In this document: one piece after another, positions 1 to 12,500 of the stretch
Layout of the letters: each line of letters opens with the position of its first letter
Position numbering within the stretch: position 1 is the first letter of the stretch
Assembly: GCF_963676685.1 (NCBI RefSeq)
Contig: NC_092346.1
Span: forward strand, 2,232,001-2,296,000
Length of the DNA: 64,000 nucleotides
From: Mytilus edulis
Lineage: Eukaryota
Direction of reading: 5' to 3'
Made by a program: the position numbers and the translations under genes
The notes under the pieces: generated by a model
Told to the model about the DNA's origin: nothing
Database searches by the model: none
Seen by the model: the letters and a program-made list of their open reading frames with translations, nothing else

Positions 1-175
1 AATTGTCTTTTTCATTAACAAAATGTTCATATTGTTAATTATGTTCTCAGCAGTTTTGTATACCTATGTATTAATATAAATTTCATGTTGCTTACACATG
101 ATAATGTTGTTATTTAAATGTGCTATAGCATAATTGTGCTTATTGCAATAAACGTATTTATCTTATCTTATCTTA
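1..175 (+). mobile_element. Possible 3' tail of a non-LTR retrotransposon (AATAAA followed by (TCTTA)n)
   Basis: AATAAA at ~147 is followed by tatttatcttatcttatctta. This is the same polyA-signal plus pentanucleotide-tail layout as the LINE ending at 11775. No ORF is visible. Confidence 0.3.
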
Positions 176-1036
176 ACACAAAATAAGTAGAAAATGTCAA
201 TTAATGGGCAATAAGCATGATAAGTACATTTACTTTAGCAATTATCAAATGGCTATCTAATTGTAGCCAAATTGCATTGGTTGTTACAGCCTAAATACAA
301 CATGTACAAGGAGATGCCCAACCCCCTTCAGCAGTATTGAGCTGTTTTGAAGACAACATAGAACAAAGATGTATAGACCTTGGGAGTTAATAATAAAGTT
401 TGCAAAGAGCTAAATATCTGTTTCCATAAGCATCATAAAAGTTTTCAATCTCACATAGCAACTTGAAAGTACAATAATGTTTGCCAGTAAACATCTCTCA
501 GGATCATCATGATCATGAGAATAATACTCATATTTAAAAAAAAAATATATGCATGAAGAGCACTACTACTAGTGTATTACATAATGTAAAATTTCATCAA
601 TTTATATACATGGGCTTGCAATCTCTGACAACTTTAACATGTTTACTGCTGGTAGAGCATGTGCATAAACCATTTGTAAACATGATAAACATCATGAAAA
701 GGTAAACAAATTAATATGTCTATGTAATTACTGAATGTAGATCACATTTCGCTTTTAAAAATGCTAAAAACAACCATGTGATCAAGTCATTTAATTTTCC
801 TTCCCTCGGATTTTACTGTTATTGAAAGAAATAACTTAAAGCACTGTTAAATGGAAGTCAATTTCCCATTTAACACAATGTTTAAATATTATCAAGAAGA
901 TATCAAATACATTTAAACAGTAAAATAATCTTGATGATGACAGGGTTAATTTTTAGTACATGTACATGTGTAACAAGTGCACACCAGCAGACAATTGTTC
1001 CTCATATGGTGTGTCCAAGACTTGTATATATATAAC

Positions 1037-1654
1037 CAGGGATCTCCATGGCCTATTTAAAGATGGCGCCCCGCCATCGTTCAAATGTCTTGCGCCATCG
1101 TCAAATGACTCGCACCATCGTTAAATTGTCTTTCGCCATCGTTTAAATTTCATCGTTTTTTGTAGCCCGACGCCATTTTTTTTATCAACTATAATCAAAT
1201 GCATGTAATTGCATAACCCGTAGGCTTTTCATGTTATAATCCAATACAGTTCTAACGCCTGAGGGATATTCGGATTAAGATCGCTAATCACTTGTACCTG
1301 AGCTTGTACAGGTAGATCAACAAACCAGACAGGAGAATACTATCTGATGATAGACGATCCATTTGTCGAATTAATCAACTAAGTTTCAGCAAATGATTAT
1401 GATAATTTAGATTAAATAAATAAATTAATAATCCAGTTACAAAGAAAACAGTTTAACAAGTCGAACATGTGCTTTATTTTGACTTACGCAATCAGCATCC
1501 CCCTTTTTTGAGAAGTACAAAATAAGACGCAAAACTAAATATTATTTCATCGCAAATAACTCGAGAACTGCTGTAACGATAATTTAGAATTCCTACACTG
1601 TTTGTAATGGTGAAAGTTCCTCCATTGTTCAATTTTCATCCATGGAGATCCCTG
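1037..1654. mobile_element. MITE, hAT-like, 15-bp TIR, 6-bp TSD
   Basis: Terminal inverted repeats (TIRs) CAGGGATCTCCATGG (1037) and CCATGGAGATCCCTG (ends 1654). Flanked by TATAAC at 1031-1036 and 1655-1660. Subterminal GCCATCGT repeats. Confidence 0.85.
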
Positions 1655-1698
1655 TATAACAATGATGACCCTGTAGGAAATCAAGTTATGTATATTAC

Positions 1699-2358
1699 CT
1701 GTAAAATATAAAGCCTTGAACTGCCTCCAAATTTCAGTACATGACCAACATGTACACGATAGTATCTGTTAGCATACACTCTATTTTTATTTATCCATGT
1801 TCCATGAGTACTGTCAAGATCATAAAGATACCAGCCAATGTTCTGCTTTTCAGATTTTATTTTAGAAAATTGAAGAACAGCATGATGTCTTGACAATGAC
1901 GGATGTTCCATTGTAACATCACAACTTTGCAGTCTTCCAAACACATAAAACGATTTGACTAAATCTATTTTGTCAATAATGACCCCATTTTTCAAAACTT
2001 CAAGACTATATTTGTCATTACTAATTCCTCCCCAAGATGGCTCCTTGTACGGAATAGGTGTTGATGTCTCTTTCAGTTGTTCCGCTGGGGATAATAGGCT
2101 CAGTTTGTTTGGGATAGTTCCTTTGTCGTCAGTTTTATCTATGGCTTCTGTAGTGCCATTATTGGGTTCTAATGTGCTAGTAGCTATTTCATTTTGTTTA
2201 TATGTTACTATGCCTGGGACTTTGAATGTATGTGTTTCCGCCATTTCGACAGGGACAGTGTTCTTTTCTGGTTGTTTTTCGTCACCACAAGTTTCAAACT
2301 GTGTACCAAGTTCACCATTAGCGGTCTTCGACAAATCACCAACGTTTTCTTCGGCCAT
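1699..2358 (-). CDS. SLC4A1AP: Kanadaptin (SLC4A1 adaptor protein), first coding exon with FHA domain; gene continues beyond window start
   Basis: Translation contains YKEPSWGG...LEVLKNG...FGRLQSCDVTMEHPSLSRHHAVLQF...LYDLDSTHGTWINK...HVGHVLKFGGSSRLYILQ, a kanadaptin-type FHA domain. The exon ends at CAG|GTAATA (donor 1698-1697), so the ORF tail VIYIT is intronic. Confidence 0.9.
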
Positions 2359-2904
2359 GATTTTTGGAATTATCTCCCTTTGGCGTTTTCAAGTCCCTTG
2401 TGTACTCAGACAAAAACATCTGCGTTTTCCATTTGACATTAGACTGGTATAAATAAAAGATCAGAATAAATACAAAAATCAAATTAAAAACACTGTCAAG
2501 TATCAATTAAACACAAATGTATACCGTTAAAATATGTGAACTATGTTCTAAGCGGCAAATATAGGGTGCGTTCTAAAAATCCTTCTTGGGCGCATTAGAT
2601 TCATACACATTAAAAAACATTTAACGCGAACATATTTTTATGAATAATTAGGTAGCCAGCCATAAGTTCACAAAATCAATTCTTTCGGTATTTAAAGAGT
2701 TCAAACAACCAGTATGAACATCCAAGAATAATAGTCTGATTGTTTGATTGGAATGTCGGAGGTGTACTGGTAAATTTGTAAACATTTAAATTTGAGAACC
2801 GTTTTCAATAGCATTTCCAGCAAAAGTAAATATAAAAAACTACAATTCAAATAAGTGAGTATAATGAGAAAATACTACAACAGATAAAATGTACGCCTAT
2901 ATAA

Positions 2905-3182
2905 GGCAGCAACCATTTGATTTTCGGGGGGGGGGGGGGGGGGGGGGCTATGTTTTTTTTTTGGAAAAAAAGTTTGTTTCCAGTTTTTTGAGAAAAAAAT
3001 AATTTGTTTTTGATTCTGAGAAGAAAAAAATTGTTTGTTTCACCCTCAGCTGCCACTATATGTTATGCTAAAATTGAAAGAAAAAAATGGTTTTCGACTT
3101 GTCGTGAAAAAAAAAAATGTCCAGAAAAAAAAACCCATAGCCCCCCCCCCCCCCCCACCCCGAAAATCAAATGGTTGCTGCC
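2905..3182. mobile_element. MITE, PIF/Harbinger-like, TAA TSD, poly-G/poly-C arms
   Basis: TIRs GGCAGCAACCATTTGATTTTCGGGG and CCCCGAAAATCAAATGGTTGCTGCC. TAA on both sides (2902-2904, 3183-3185). Confidence 0.85.
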
Positions 3183-3544
3183 TAACAATTGAAGTTTTTA
3201 TACATACTTGTAAATTATTTTGTATCTTGCATATATATATATACTATATAGTCATCACAGTTCACTATTTGTTCACTACATGTTAAGTCGAAAGCTTCTT
3301 CCTAGGACGAGAAAGACTCCGGTGCCGGAGTGTGGAATATTTTGGAACTGTGGCGCTATCTACATGAAAATGGAGGTCGAAAATTGTGATAAAATTAAAA
3401 TTAAATGATTTGCCACAGTTCAATTACAATTAAATTAACATTTGTTGTAGCTTTATGTTAAACATATTCACATTATGTACAGTGGCTTAAATACAATAGT
3501 TAATTAGCCAGACAGGATCCTCAAAATATTAGATTGAAGATACC

Positions 3545-3760
3545 ATGATTCTCAGGGAGAGTGACATACAAATTGCCTCCCGGAGATCATTCCAAACAGC
3601 AATAGTGCTTGGGGGAAAGATGACTCAAAATAGTCTTTATGTAGGCCGAAACTTGTGTTGTCTTCTAGTACGCCTGTCATATTGTGCCAGGTAGTCATTA
3701 TTGAATTCAACAAACAACAGATAACAGCAAACGTAACAAATGAGCAACACGAGCCCAATT
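3545..3760 (-). mobile_element. Degenerate LINE (CR1/L2-group) ORF2 C-terminal relic
   Basis: Frameshifted translation RRTRRQHKFR..KDYFESSF..STIAVWNDL resembles the conserved SFFPRTIxxWNxL C-terminus of CR1/L2-group ORF2. Confidence 0.5.
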
Positions 3761-4611
3761 AACACAAGAACTTGGGCCGAGTTCTGCTGGTAAAGGTAGA
3801 TGAGGTGTTCTTGTCGGGTACAGGACAAATCGGCTCCAGGTCAATTCGTTACCAATAGAAAAGTCAAACGTGGTTAGTCAATTTTTCTTTCCATTTAATT
3901 TGAGTATAATAGCCATTTTGTTCATAAATAAATAAAGATTTTTGAAAAAAAATAGAGTTTGTTTGCTGTTTAAAATTTACTCAATGATCTTATTCATGAT
4001 AATTCGTCCTTAGGTATAACAAGATGCGGTATAAGTGCCAATGAGACAACTCTCCATCCAAGTTACAATTTGTAAAAGTAAACGGCTATATGCCAAAGTA
4101 TGGTCTTATTAATAATTGATTTTAAAAACTTCCAAATTTATATCAAGCAAAAAAAAGATTAACCAAATTGTTGTTTTAACTATTTTGAGGTAGTTTTTGA
4201 TGTTTTATTACTACTAAATTACAAATTTCCATTGGAACTTCTGTTATGCATGACACATAACTTGTTGATTTATTATATAAAAAAAAAATTAATTTACTTG
4301 CAAAACGTAATGTTAATTTTAGCTGCCGAAATCACTACCTTGCGTGCCGAATTAACCGGGTCCTAATTAGACTAGATGCTGAATTGACCATATTTGGTGT
4401 TGATTTGACGAGGAATTCTAGTCGGCATTTCGGCACCAGATCAAATCGGCACCCAGTTTAGTCAAATCGGGAATTAGTTAATTAAGCACAGAAGTTACTT
4501 ATTTCGGCACCTTTGATTAATTGTATGTTTTGCAAGTAAACATTTCGCGACGACGCTTTAATAACTCCGGTTGTGCAAATTAAAAAAAAATTACCGGCCC
4601 AAAAAGCGGCC

Positions 4612-5000
4612 ATGCCGTTTCTAAAAGACGGAGAAATCCGCCGAAGAGCCGGGAGATCAAAGGAAAAAACTGGAGATGAAAAAAAATAGATTAAATACAA
4701 CTTTGACAAAATTGAAGAAAATGGTAATAGACACAGAAGAGAGTACTGACAGTAAAGCATGGAAAGACGGAAGAAGAATTGTGAAGCTTTAAAGTCTGGC
4801 AAAAGCGCTGAAAAATTGTCAAAACTGCACGGCCGAGCTGAATCTGCTCAACGTAGAGAAAGAAAAATTACAAGGACGTGGGAGCTATCTTACTATTCGT
4901 TGCTTTAAGTGTAATATGCTGAATAACAATTTAACAAATAAGACACATTACGGAACAAAAGGACCTGCTATTTTTACATCAACACAAAAGCTGCAATAGC
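4612..5000 (+). pseudogene. DNA-transposon transposase relic (Mutator-like N-terminal zinc-ribbon region)
   Basis: From 4760: WKDGRRIVKL*SLAKALKNCQNCTAELNLLNVEKEKLQGRGSYLTIRCFKCNMLNN...KTHYGTKGPAIF, then a frameshift to INTKAAI. The GRRIV..CxxC..CxxC..NTK pattern is typical of metazoan Mutator-like transposases. One stop and one frameshift. Confidence 0.6.
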
Positions 5001-6309
5001 TAATTATGAGTATTAATACATGTAGCTGCTTAACGTCCAGCGGCAAATATTTAATTGCACATTTATGACATCAACATGTTATTTTAATGAAACTAAAAGA
5101 AATGAGAAAACGTATATGCACCCGTGATTAATTAGAAATTTTAACAAAATCTATGGCGCATATGGTGGTTGAATCGGGTCTGGTTTTGGAAGATTTGAAA
5201 TATATGCATAAAAGTAATTACTACCGTGGTGTGCAGTAAGTTCAAACCGAAAGACATTATAAATGGAACTCCAAGAGTTACAGACAAAACAACTATCCTC
5301 AACAAATTTGTGCAATATTTTTCATGACGAGAACAGTTATTTTCATTCATTGATAATGAAGTCTATAATACTATCTTGAAAGGAAAAAAATCAGAATCAA
5401 AATATTTTTTATTTTTCATGCCAGTATAGCAAATTATATAGAGAATTGTCATTGTACGGCCAAATTTAACAGAATATCAATAAAATAAGAAAACCGACTG
5501 CATGTGCGAGACCCTCATGGGTGGACAAGGTCGTATAACACCCCTATTCGTAAATAAAATAATAAATAAAGAGAGCGTCTCATCCTGTTCTGGACTTGAA
5601 ATTGGTACATAAAAAAATTGCCGAGTTTAATTGATATTTTAAAAATATATGATACTATATGTATGTAGAAAATCTGTCAACAAAAGTCCGTTTACAAGAT
5701 TTCAAAAAAATATATTGGTATCATTTTTTGGTTTGATTTTAAGCAAATTGGTACCAATAGATGCAGAATTGTCACAGGTTAGTTTGTTTAATTGGTTGTA
5801 TTTTTTGCGTCATTGGTAATCATACCACGTCTTCTTATTTGTATAAACATATCCCTATTGTACTTCAACATATTGAGAGTTCAAAATTAAGGTATCGGCA
5901 AATGTTCACTTATCTTAGACAGACAGACCAGAAAGTGTATATATACACACGTTAAAACTCGTCGCTGTTGTCAAGCTAATGAGCAAATATGAACTCATTC
6001 AGTGAGGTTGTTTCTGAGAAAAGGAACAAACATATTGTTATACGATCAAACAGCTCTACTTCTAAAGTAAACAAACGAGTAAGACTATAATCATACATAT
6101 ACGCCGTATAAAAGGTAATGTAACTTATCTATTGATAAAGACATCGTTCAATATTATTCCGTCTAATACCGGCTGCTGTACTTCCTATGAAATGTTATAC
6201 TACAACTTCATTTTCCCTCGTTTCAATCCGTCTGAGCGTCATTATTTTTGATATACTTGTCGTATATTAATTTTGAGAAATATAATGAATTATATCAAAT
6301 ATGCATATA

Positions 6310-6470
6310 GCTGAGAAAATCCCGGTTTATCTGAAAATTCTGAGAAAAATCCGGATAATCTGAAAAAAAATCGAGATAATCCCGGGTTTATCGGAGCTTA
6401 ATGTAAAATACTGAGAAAATCATAGTTTATCTGAGAAAATCATACTTTATCTGAGATAATCTATGATTGA
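6310..6470. repeat. Degenerate short tandem repeat (CTGAGAAAAT/TTTATCTGAGA motifs)
   Basis: Repeated ctgagaaaat / tttatctga units. Confidence 0.5.
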
Positions 6471-7292
6471 TTATCTATAAAATGGGTTCAGATGTGCCAT
6501 ATCTATCACTTCACAATTTTTATAGAACGCAACGTTGATGTTTACATTTTTCCCGGACACCGGGTTCAGTACACATGCAAAATTTGCATGATGTCATTTC
6601 CGATAGTGCTGTCGGTCATGGTCATCCGTCATGGGCTGAAAATAAAGATGACAGTGTTTACAAAGCTTAAGATACATGTGTAGGATGTTAATGTAAGCAG
6701 TCACAAGCATTTTATGCTATATGAGACGTTTCAAGAGCTGATAAATGCGGTCAAAGCCATTTTTCAGTCTCCTTAACGTTAATAATTTATTGGATGCAAC
6801 TTCTCTGCAAAGTGACTTCATAAAGTGATTTTAGATTTCCCCTGGGTTATTTTCATCATATATCCATCCTGTATACTATATCTTACTTCTGCTTTGCCAA
6901 CTTTGTATTGGGAATTTATAGACTTAAGTTATTTTTTGTCTGTTCAGATGTGTCATCCTGAAGTTCTAGTTATTTGAGCTACAAATAAGTTAGATATTGC
7001 CATTAAAAGTCTGAACATTGTTAACTTGGGAAGTTTAAACCTTCAGTTGTTGATTTTATAGACTCACTTGAGCTTGTAGTTGTATATCCTCAATCCTCAA
7101 TCTTGAGGCCTGTTGGCACGAATTGTCCCAATGTGCAGTTTTCCTCTCTGGTGCGTTTTCCTCAACGTATTTTCTTCTTTGTGCTTTAAATTGGTATGCG
7201 CTGGTTAAGATTGGAATTGATGAACAGCAGTATTAAATCTGCCTGTTCTGTCGATGTAATGTGGCACTGTTTGTAGTTTGGCTTTTGTGTAA

Positions 7293-8430
7293 AGGAGTAA
7301 GTTTGGTAAGTGCCATATTTGGCCCCAATTATAAAGTTCATGGTTACAAGACAAAAATTGTTTTAAGTTGCCTTAAAGACATGTGAAAAAGTTAAACAGA
7401 GCTGTTTTTGTCAAAGTTTAATTCTAACACAACGATTTTTACATTCCAAAACGGTCAAGATAAGGGATTTTGGTGAAATTTGACAAAATCAGCGGGATTT
7501 CAACCAAATAAAGGACCAGGAAACATAGAGCACAGGCGTCGACAAGCTTAATATTCAAATAAGACATGTTAAATGTCTTCACAAACATTATTTTAAGGGG
7601 GTTCGCGGGTCTAAATCATTTATATAGGATTTCTCTATATTTTTCTATAAATGAACTTTATCTTAGAGTTAACAGAAAAATAAAATAAAAAAGTGGGGTC
7701 ACCGTTCATTTGCGCTCACAATCTGCCTTCGAAAGAAGCATACATTTTTGTAAAGGTGTTTTTTTTCTGTTGAAGTAATAGGAGAAATAAAGGTAATATC
7801 GAAAAAAAAAGAAAGAAATTTATTACAGAAATCGCTCAAATTTTACAATAATTTAGTTTAAGTACAGCTTATATGGAAATTATATTAAAAAATATAGGTC
7901 ACCGATGAGTTAAAAAAGACATTTCAATTTTAAAGCCAAAAAATGGCATTTTTCCACCAAAGGGAGATAATTTGGAACTTTTTCAATGATGTATACATTT
8001 TAAAAGTCATCTGGGGCCAACAAAAATTGTTTGTTTTGAATGATTTTTGTACCATATGATAAGTAACAACTACAAAAGGTAACAAATAAAAATTTGAAAT
8101 GAAAAACAAATGTTTATTTTTTTTCTGAAATTTTTATACCCTCGAGCCTCCTTAAAAGATCTTTGTTGTCGACGTATGTGCTCTATGTTTCCTGTCAAAT
8201 AATCTTTGGAATTTTACCCATTTTCATTGATTTTTTCGTGAAAAATCAGTATGAGTACAACTTGTGACGTCATAATGAAACGCAGAAACGTAAAATTTTA
8301 AACAAAATGGCTTATTTCCTATCTAGTCAATGTATTAGCTATAATTTATCGTGATATTGGTCAATAAATCCGAATTTGAAATTTACGCTAAAAAAGTGGG
8401 CCATTTTAGGACCTTATCGAACATACTCCT
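7293..8430. mobile_element. Non-autonomous DNA transposon (Kolobok-like AGGAGTA termini) hosting a nested element
   Basis: Imperfect TIRs: AGGAGTAAGTTTGGTAAGTGCCATATTTGGCCC versus reverse complement AGGAGTATGTTCGATAAGGTCCTAAAATGGCCC. An internal inverted pair GGAAACATAGAGCAC..GTCGACAA brackets the nested insert. Confidence 0.65.
7597..8151. mobile_element. Nested TTAA-target MITE (Kolobok-like)
   Basis: TIRs GGGGGTTCGCGGGTCTAAA and reverse complement GGAGGCTCGAGGGTATAAA. TTAA at 7593-7596 and 8152-8155. Confidence 0.8.
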
Positions 8431-9543
8431 TTTAAAGTTGTTTATTAAATTTCCATTATCTTATAACATGTATAATCCCCAATATTGTAAATTATTTTCC
8501 ACCAAATGATCCCTGCCATTGATAATTATTGCATTATGATCATGACGACCCTTCGAAAGCATGAAATGTTTTAGTAATGCTAATGAAAATATAGATTAAG
8601 ATACAAAATCTTAATTCTATTACAAAGAAAAAGGTTCAACAAATCATACATGTGCTTTTATTGATTTACACAGTAATCCATTAGCTCCCGTTTTTTAAAA
8701 CAGAACATAATAATAACAATTATTGACCATTATAAATCAACATAGTAGTTAAAAAGTAAATACCTGATTATTAACTGCAACTTGCTGTAACTTGATAATC
8801 TGAAGAAATTCCATTACATGATATATACATGTCATAATTCAGAATTCATTTCGTAGTAAACAATCAAATAAATACTCCTGTTTACATTCAGAATTGCATG
8901 GTTTAAATGTATTACTATCATGACTATGGAATTTGCAATTTAAAACTGACATTATAACCATTTCAATTTTAAACTTTTGCCCTTCAGAAATCAGTATTCA
9001 TCTTTTAACAGGTATGAAACTTCTTGTCATTAATGATTTGCATCAATCCTCAGTTTGTGAATTCTTTATTGGATTTGCCAATACTACTAAGGGGATGGTT
9101 GACAGAAAACTGAGCCTCATTTTGAAGTCCTAACATATTTACCAAAATAGCTGGAAAATGACTGCCAAACTCCTGACAGGAAAAAAAAATTGATGCTAAC
9201 TTGGATAACTATGTTAAGGCCAAATAAAAATATGTGTGGTTCCAGTGACCCTACCTTCCCTACTTTTTTGTCTTGAAATTAGCCTACCCTAAAGATTTTA
9301 TTGTCATTTTTCATTAAGCACTGTTAAAGTCAGAATGAAGCTCCCATAGACTCAAGGTAAAAAAAAACCATAAAATTAAAAAAAATCCCTACCTTCCTAC
9401 CCTAACTTTTTTTCAGATGTAACTGGAACCAGGGTTTCAGCTAGGATTTTGAAACCTTTACTAATGTCCCTGGATTAAAAATTACATAATGTACATGATA
9501 ATATGAATGCATAGTTATCTTTTTCTTTACAGAATGGGGTTAA

Positions 9544-12500
9544 ATGAACCAAGTTGATTGTTCAGCTACAAAGAAACTAAAATTATCCAATATGGCTGAA
9601 GAAATTGCTCAAGATAGCCCTGCTATTGAAGTGTGTCGTGTGGAGGAAAGACCTGAGCATGGAATGATGATATTACAAGGCCTCAACAAACTCAAAAATG
9701 ATAAAATTCTTTGTGATGTTACACTAATTGCTGAAGGTTAATTATATTATATTTATTAGTATGTACAAGTCAGATGTTGTTTAAAAACAATATAATTAAG
9801 AATGGAAATTGGGAATTTCAAAGAAACAATAACCTGACCAAAGAGCAGATAACAGCCAATGGCCACCAATAGGTCTTCAATGCAGCGAGAAAATCCTGCA
9901 CCCGGAGGTTGGCCTCAATACATGTAGAAAATCCTGCACCCGGAGATGGGCCTCATATATGTCAAAGATCACCACTATCAACATTCAATATATTTATAGG
10001 CTGATAGATAAATTATATGGTTCTTGAACATTGAAAACTTTGACTGCACAAAATAAATTACATGGTTCTTAATATACATTCAATTTATAGGCTGCAAAAG
10101 ATGAATTACATGGTTTGTTTACATGATCTGAAAAAAATCTACTGTTGACTCATATTTAAAAAAAATGCAATAAAAAATGAGATATCATATATGAAACAAT
10201 GGAAGCAAAATAAATGCATGCATCAATTAAGACAATTTCTAAATGTTCAGTAATTGTAAATTTCAATGTACAGTATTTAACTGAAACTAGTAAAGATCTC
10301 CCATCACCACCAAATTCCTGAATATAAAGGGACATAACTCTATAGGATAAATGATAAATAGATAAGCTTTATTTAGAGTCAGCATAGTCATGATAACTAC
10401 TGGAAAAAAGGCTAATCTAATTAATGTGATATGAACTAAAACAACTATTGACAGTCATATTAACTTGTGGAGTACTTACCTTCCCCTTTTGTCTGGATAA
10501 AGATGGAATGATATGGCTGAGAAACATGCATTAGATAAGGCACAGTTGTCAAGTGACCTTTATTGACCAATACTAACATTATAAATATTTGTAAATTCAC
10601 TTTACTGCATCTGGAAGTTTTCATCTAGCTAAAACTGAACTTTATAGTAAGGCTCTTAAGGCCTACTATAAACTTAGAAAGGATTTTATCAATTTGTCTC
10701 CTGGAATAAAATCTTGTGTTCATATTTTTGATCATACCCTTAAACCCATTCTGTTATATAATTCAGAGGTATGGGGAGGTTATAATGTCTCTTGTAATAA
10801 ATTACAGTCTTCCTTATTTAATCTTGAAAATGTTTTTAAAAATCTTAAGTGTGAGAATCTCCATCTTAAATTTTCTAAATTTATACTTGGTGTACACAAA
10901 AGGAGTGTCAATTTTGCTGTATTGTCAGAACTGGGACGTTTCCCCTTACATTATGATATTGTAAAGTCAATTGTAAAATACTGGTATAGATTTGAAAATC
11001 TTACAACTGAATTCAGTCTATTGAAAGATGCTTATAAATGCAGCCAAGAGCTTCACAAATCTAACATAACTTCTTGGTTCTCATTTGTTAAAAAAGTGTT
11101 AGAAGTTTTTGAAATTAAACAAGAAGTAAAACATTTTGGACAATATAAATTTTTGAACATATCTAGTAAATTAATTCACACTAAATATATTAGCAATTGG
11201 TATGCTAGCCAAAATAAAGCTTCTGATGGAAAACTGTTTAATTATGTGAAATTTAAGCAGAATTTTGGTTATGAAAATTATCTCTCTTTAATTAAGAACT
11301 TTGATTTTAGAAGATCTATATGCAAATTACGTATTTCTGCTCATAAGCTTCAAATTGAAGTTGGTCGTTTTTCAAATATTCCACGAAATGAAAGAATTTG
11401 CAAAAAATGCTCCTCTGGCTGTGTTGAAGATGAAATCCATTTTTTAACTAACTGTGAAAATTTTAAATCGGATAGAGATGCTCTCTTTGACTTTGTTTGC
11501 CAAAGAATTCCGAATTTTTCTATACTTGATAATCAGCATAAATTTATTTATTTATTAAACTGTGAAGACAATCAGGTCCTTAATGCTGTTGGTAAATTTA
11601 TTAAAGTGAATATGAGTTAGTAATTGTATTGTAACTGTATGTAAAAAATTGTTTGTATCTATGTATCTTTGCAAATCAATATTCTTTTGCCTTATTCATG
11701 TATGCTCTGTATGCCCCTTGTGGGCCCTTAATTGGAAATAAAATATGTTCTGTTCTGTTCTGTTCTGTTCTGTTCATACCTGCCAACTTTTGAAAGTGCC
11801 CATGGGGGTTTTAGTGCGCGACAACAATTTCAAAGGTTAAATTCTTTGCGACATATTTTGCGTGTGCTGTTTTGTGGTCTAGAAAAAGTGTCATATTTGT
11901 ATGATGAGCTTAGAAAAATTACGTATGACTAACAACAATGAACAATAATGTGTTTTTATATATAATTTATTGTCACTATGGTAAAAAGTATTCAGCTTTT
12001 CATCAATTTAACTCCCTTCTTTTTCAGGTCAGAAGTTTGAAGCTCATCGTGTAGTACTGGTATCCTGTTCTGACTACTTCAGGTCAATGTTTACCAGTGG
12101 AATGAAAGAAAGTACACAGAAAGAAATAGAATTACGAGGAATAACAAGTAAAGGGCTGGACAAAACATTAGAAATAATCTACACATCAACCACTTCTTTG
12201 GAAGGGGATGATATATTTGATGTGATAGCTGCTGCCACTCACTTACAAGTGACTCCCGTCATAGAATTTTGTGAGAGAAACTTTCTTAGCGGAATGAATA
12301 CAACTAATTTTTATGATTTTATTAATACGGCTAAATTGTATAGTATGAACAATGCATTAAAGCAAATTGATGTTTTTATAGCCAGAAATTTAATGCATAT
12401 ATCAAAGGAAGGTACGTTACATTTATTGACTAATGAACAAATGGTAAACTGTCTGAACAGTGATCAATTAGGTCTGAAGGAGATCGACATTTTCCATATA

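Noticed and set aside
1955-2452. 165-aa plus-strand ORF
   Set aside because: It is the antisense shadow of kanadaptin exon 1, with a non-ATG start and no recognisable domain.
2847-3286. Polyproline ORFs
   Set aside because: They arise from the poly-G/poly-C arms of a MITE.
6530-6700. Possible non-coding first exon of the KLHL gene (CpG-richer patch ending in GTAAGC); a similar patch lies at ~3280-3390
   Set aside because: Plausible, but the candidates cannot be told apart or supported without transcript data.
6740-7290. Possible highly decayed LINE endonuclease region on the minus strand
   Set aside because: Only faint motif resemblance, with many stops and frameshifts.
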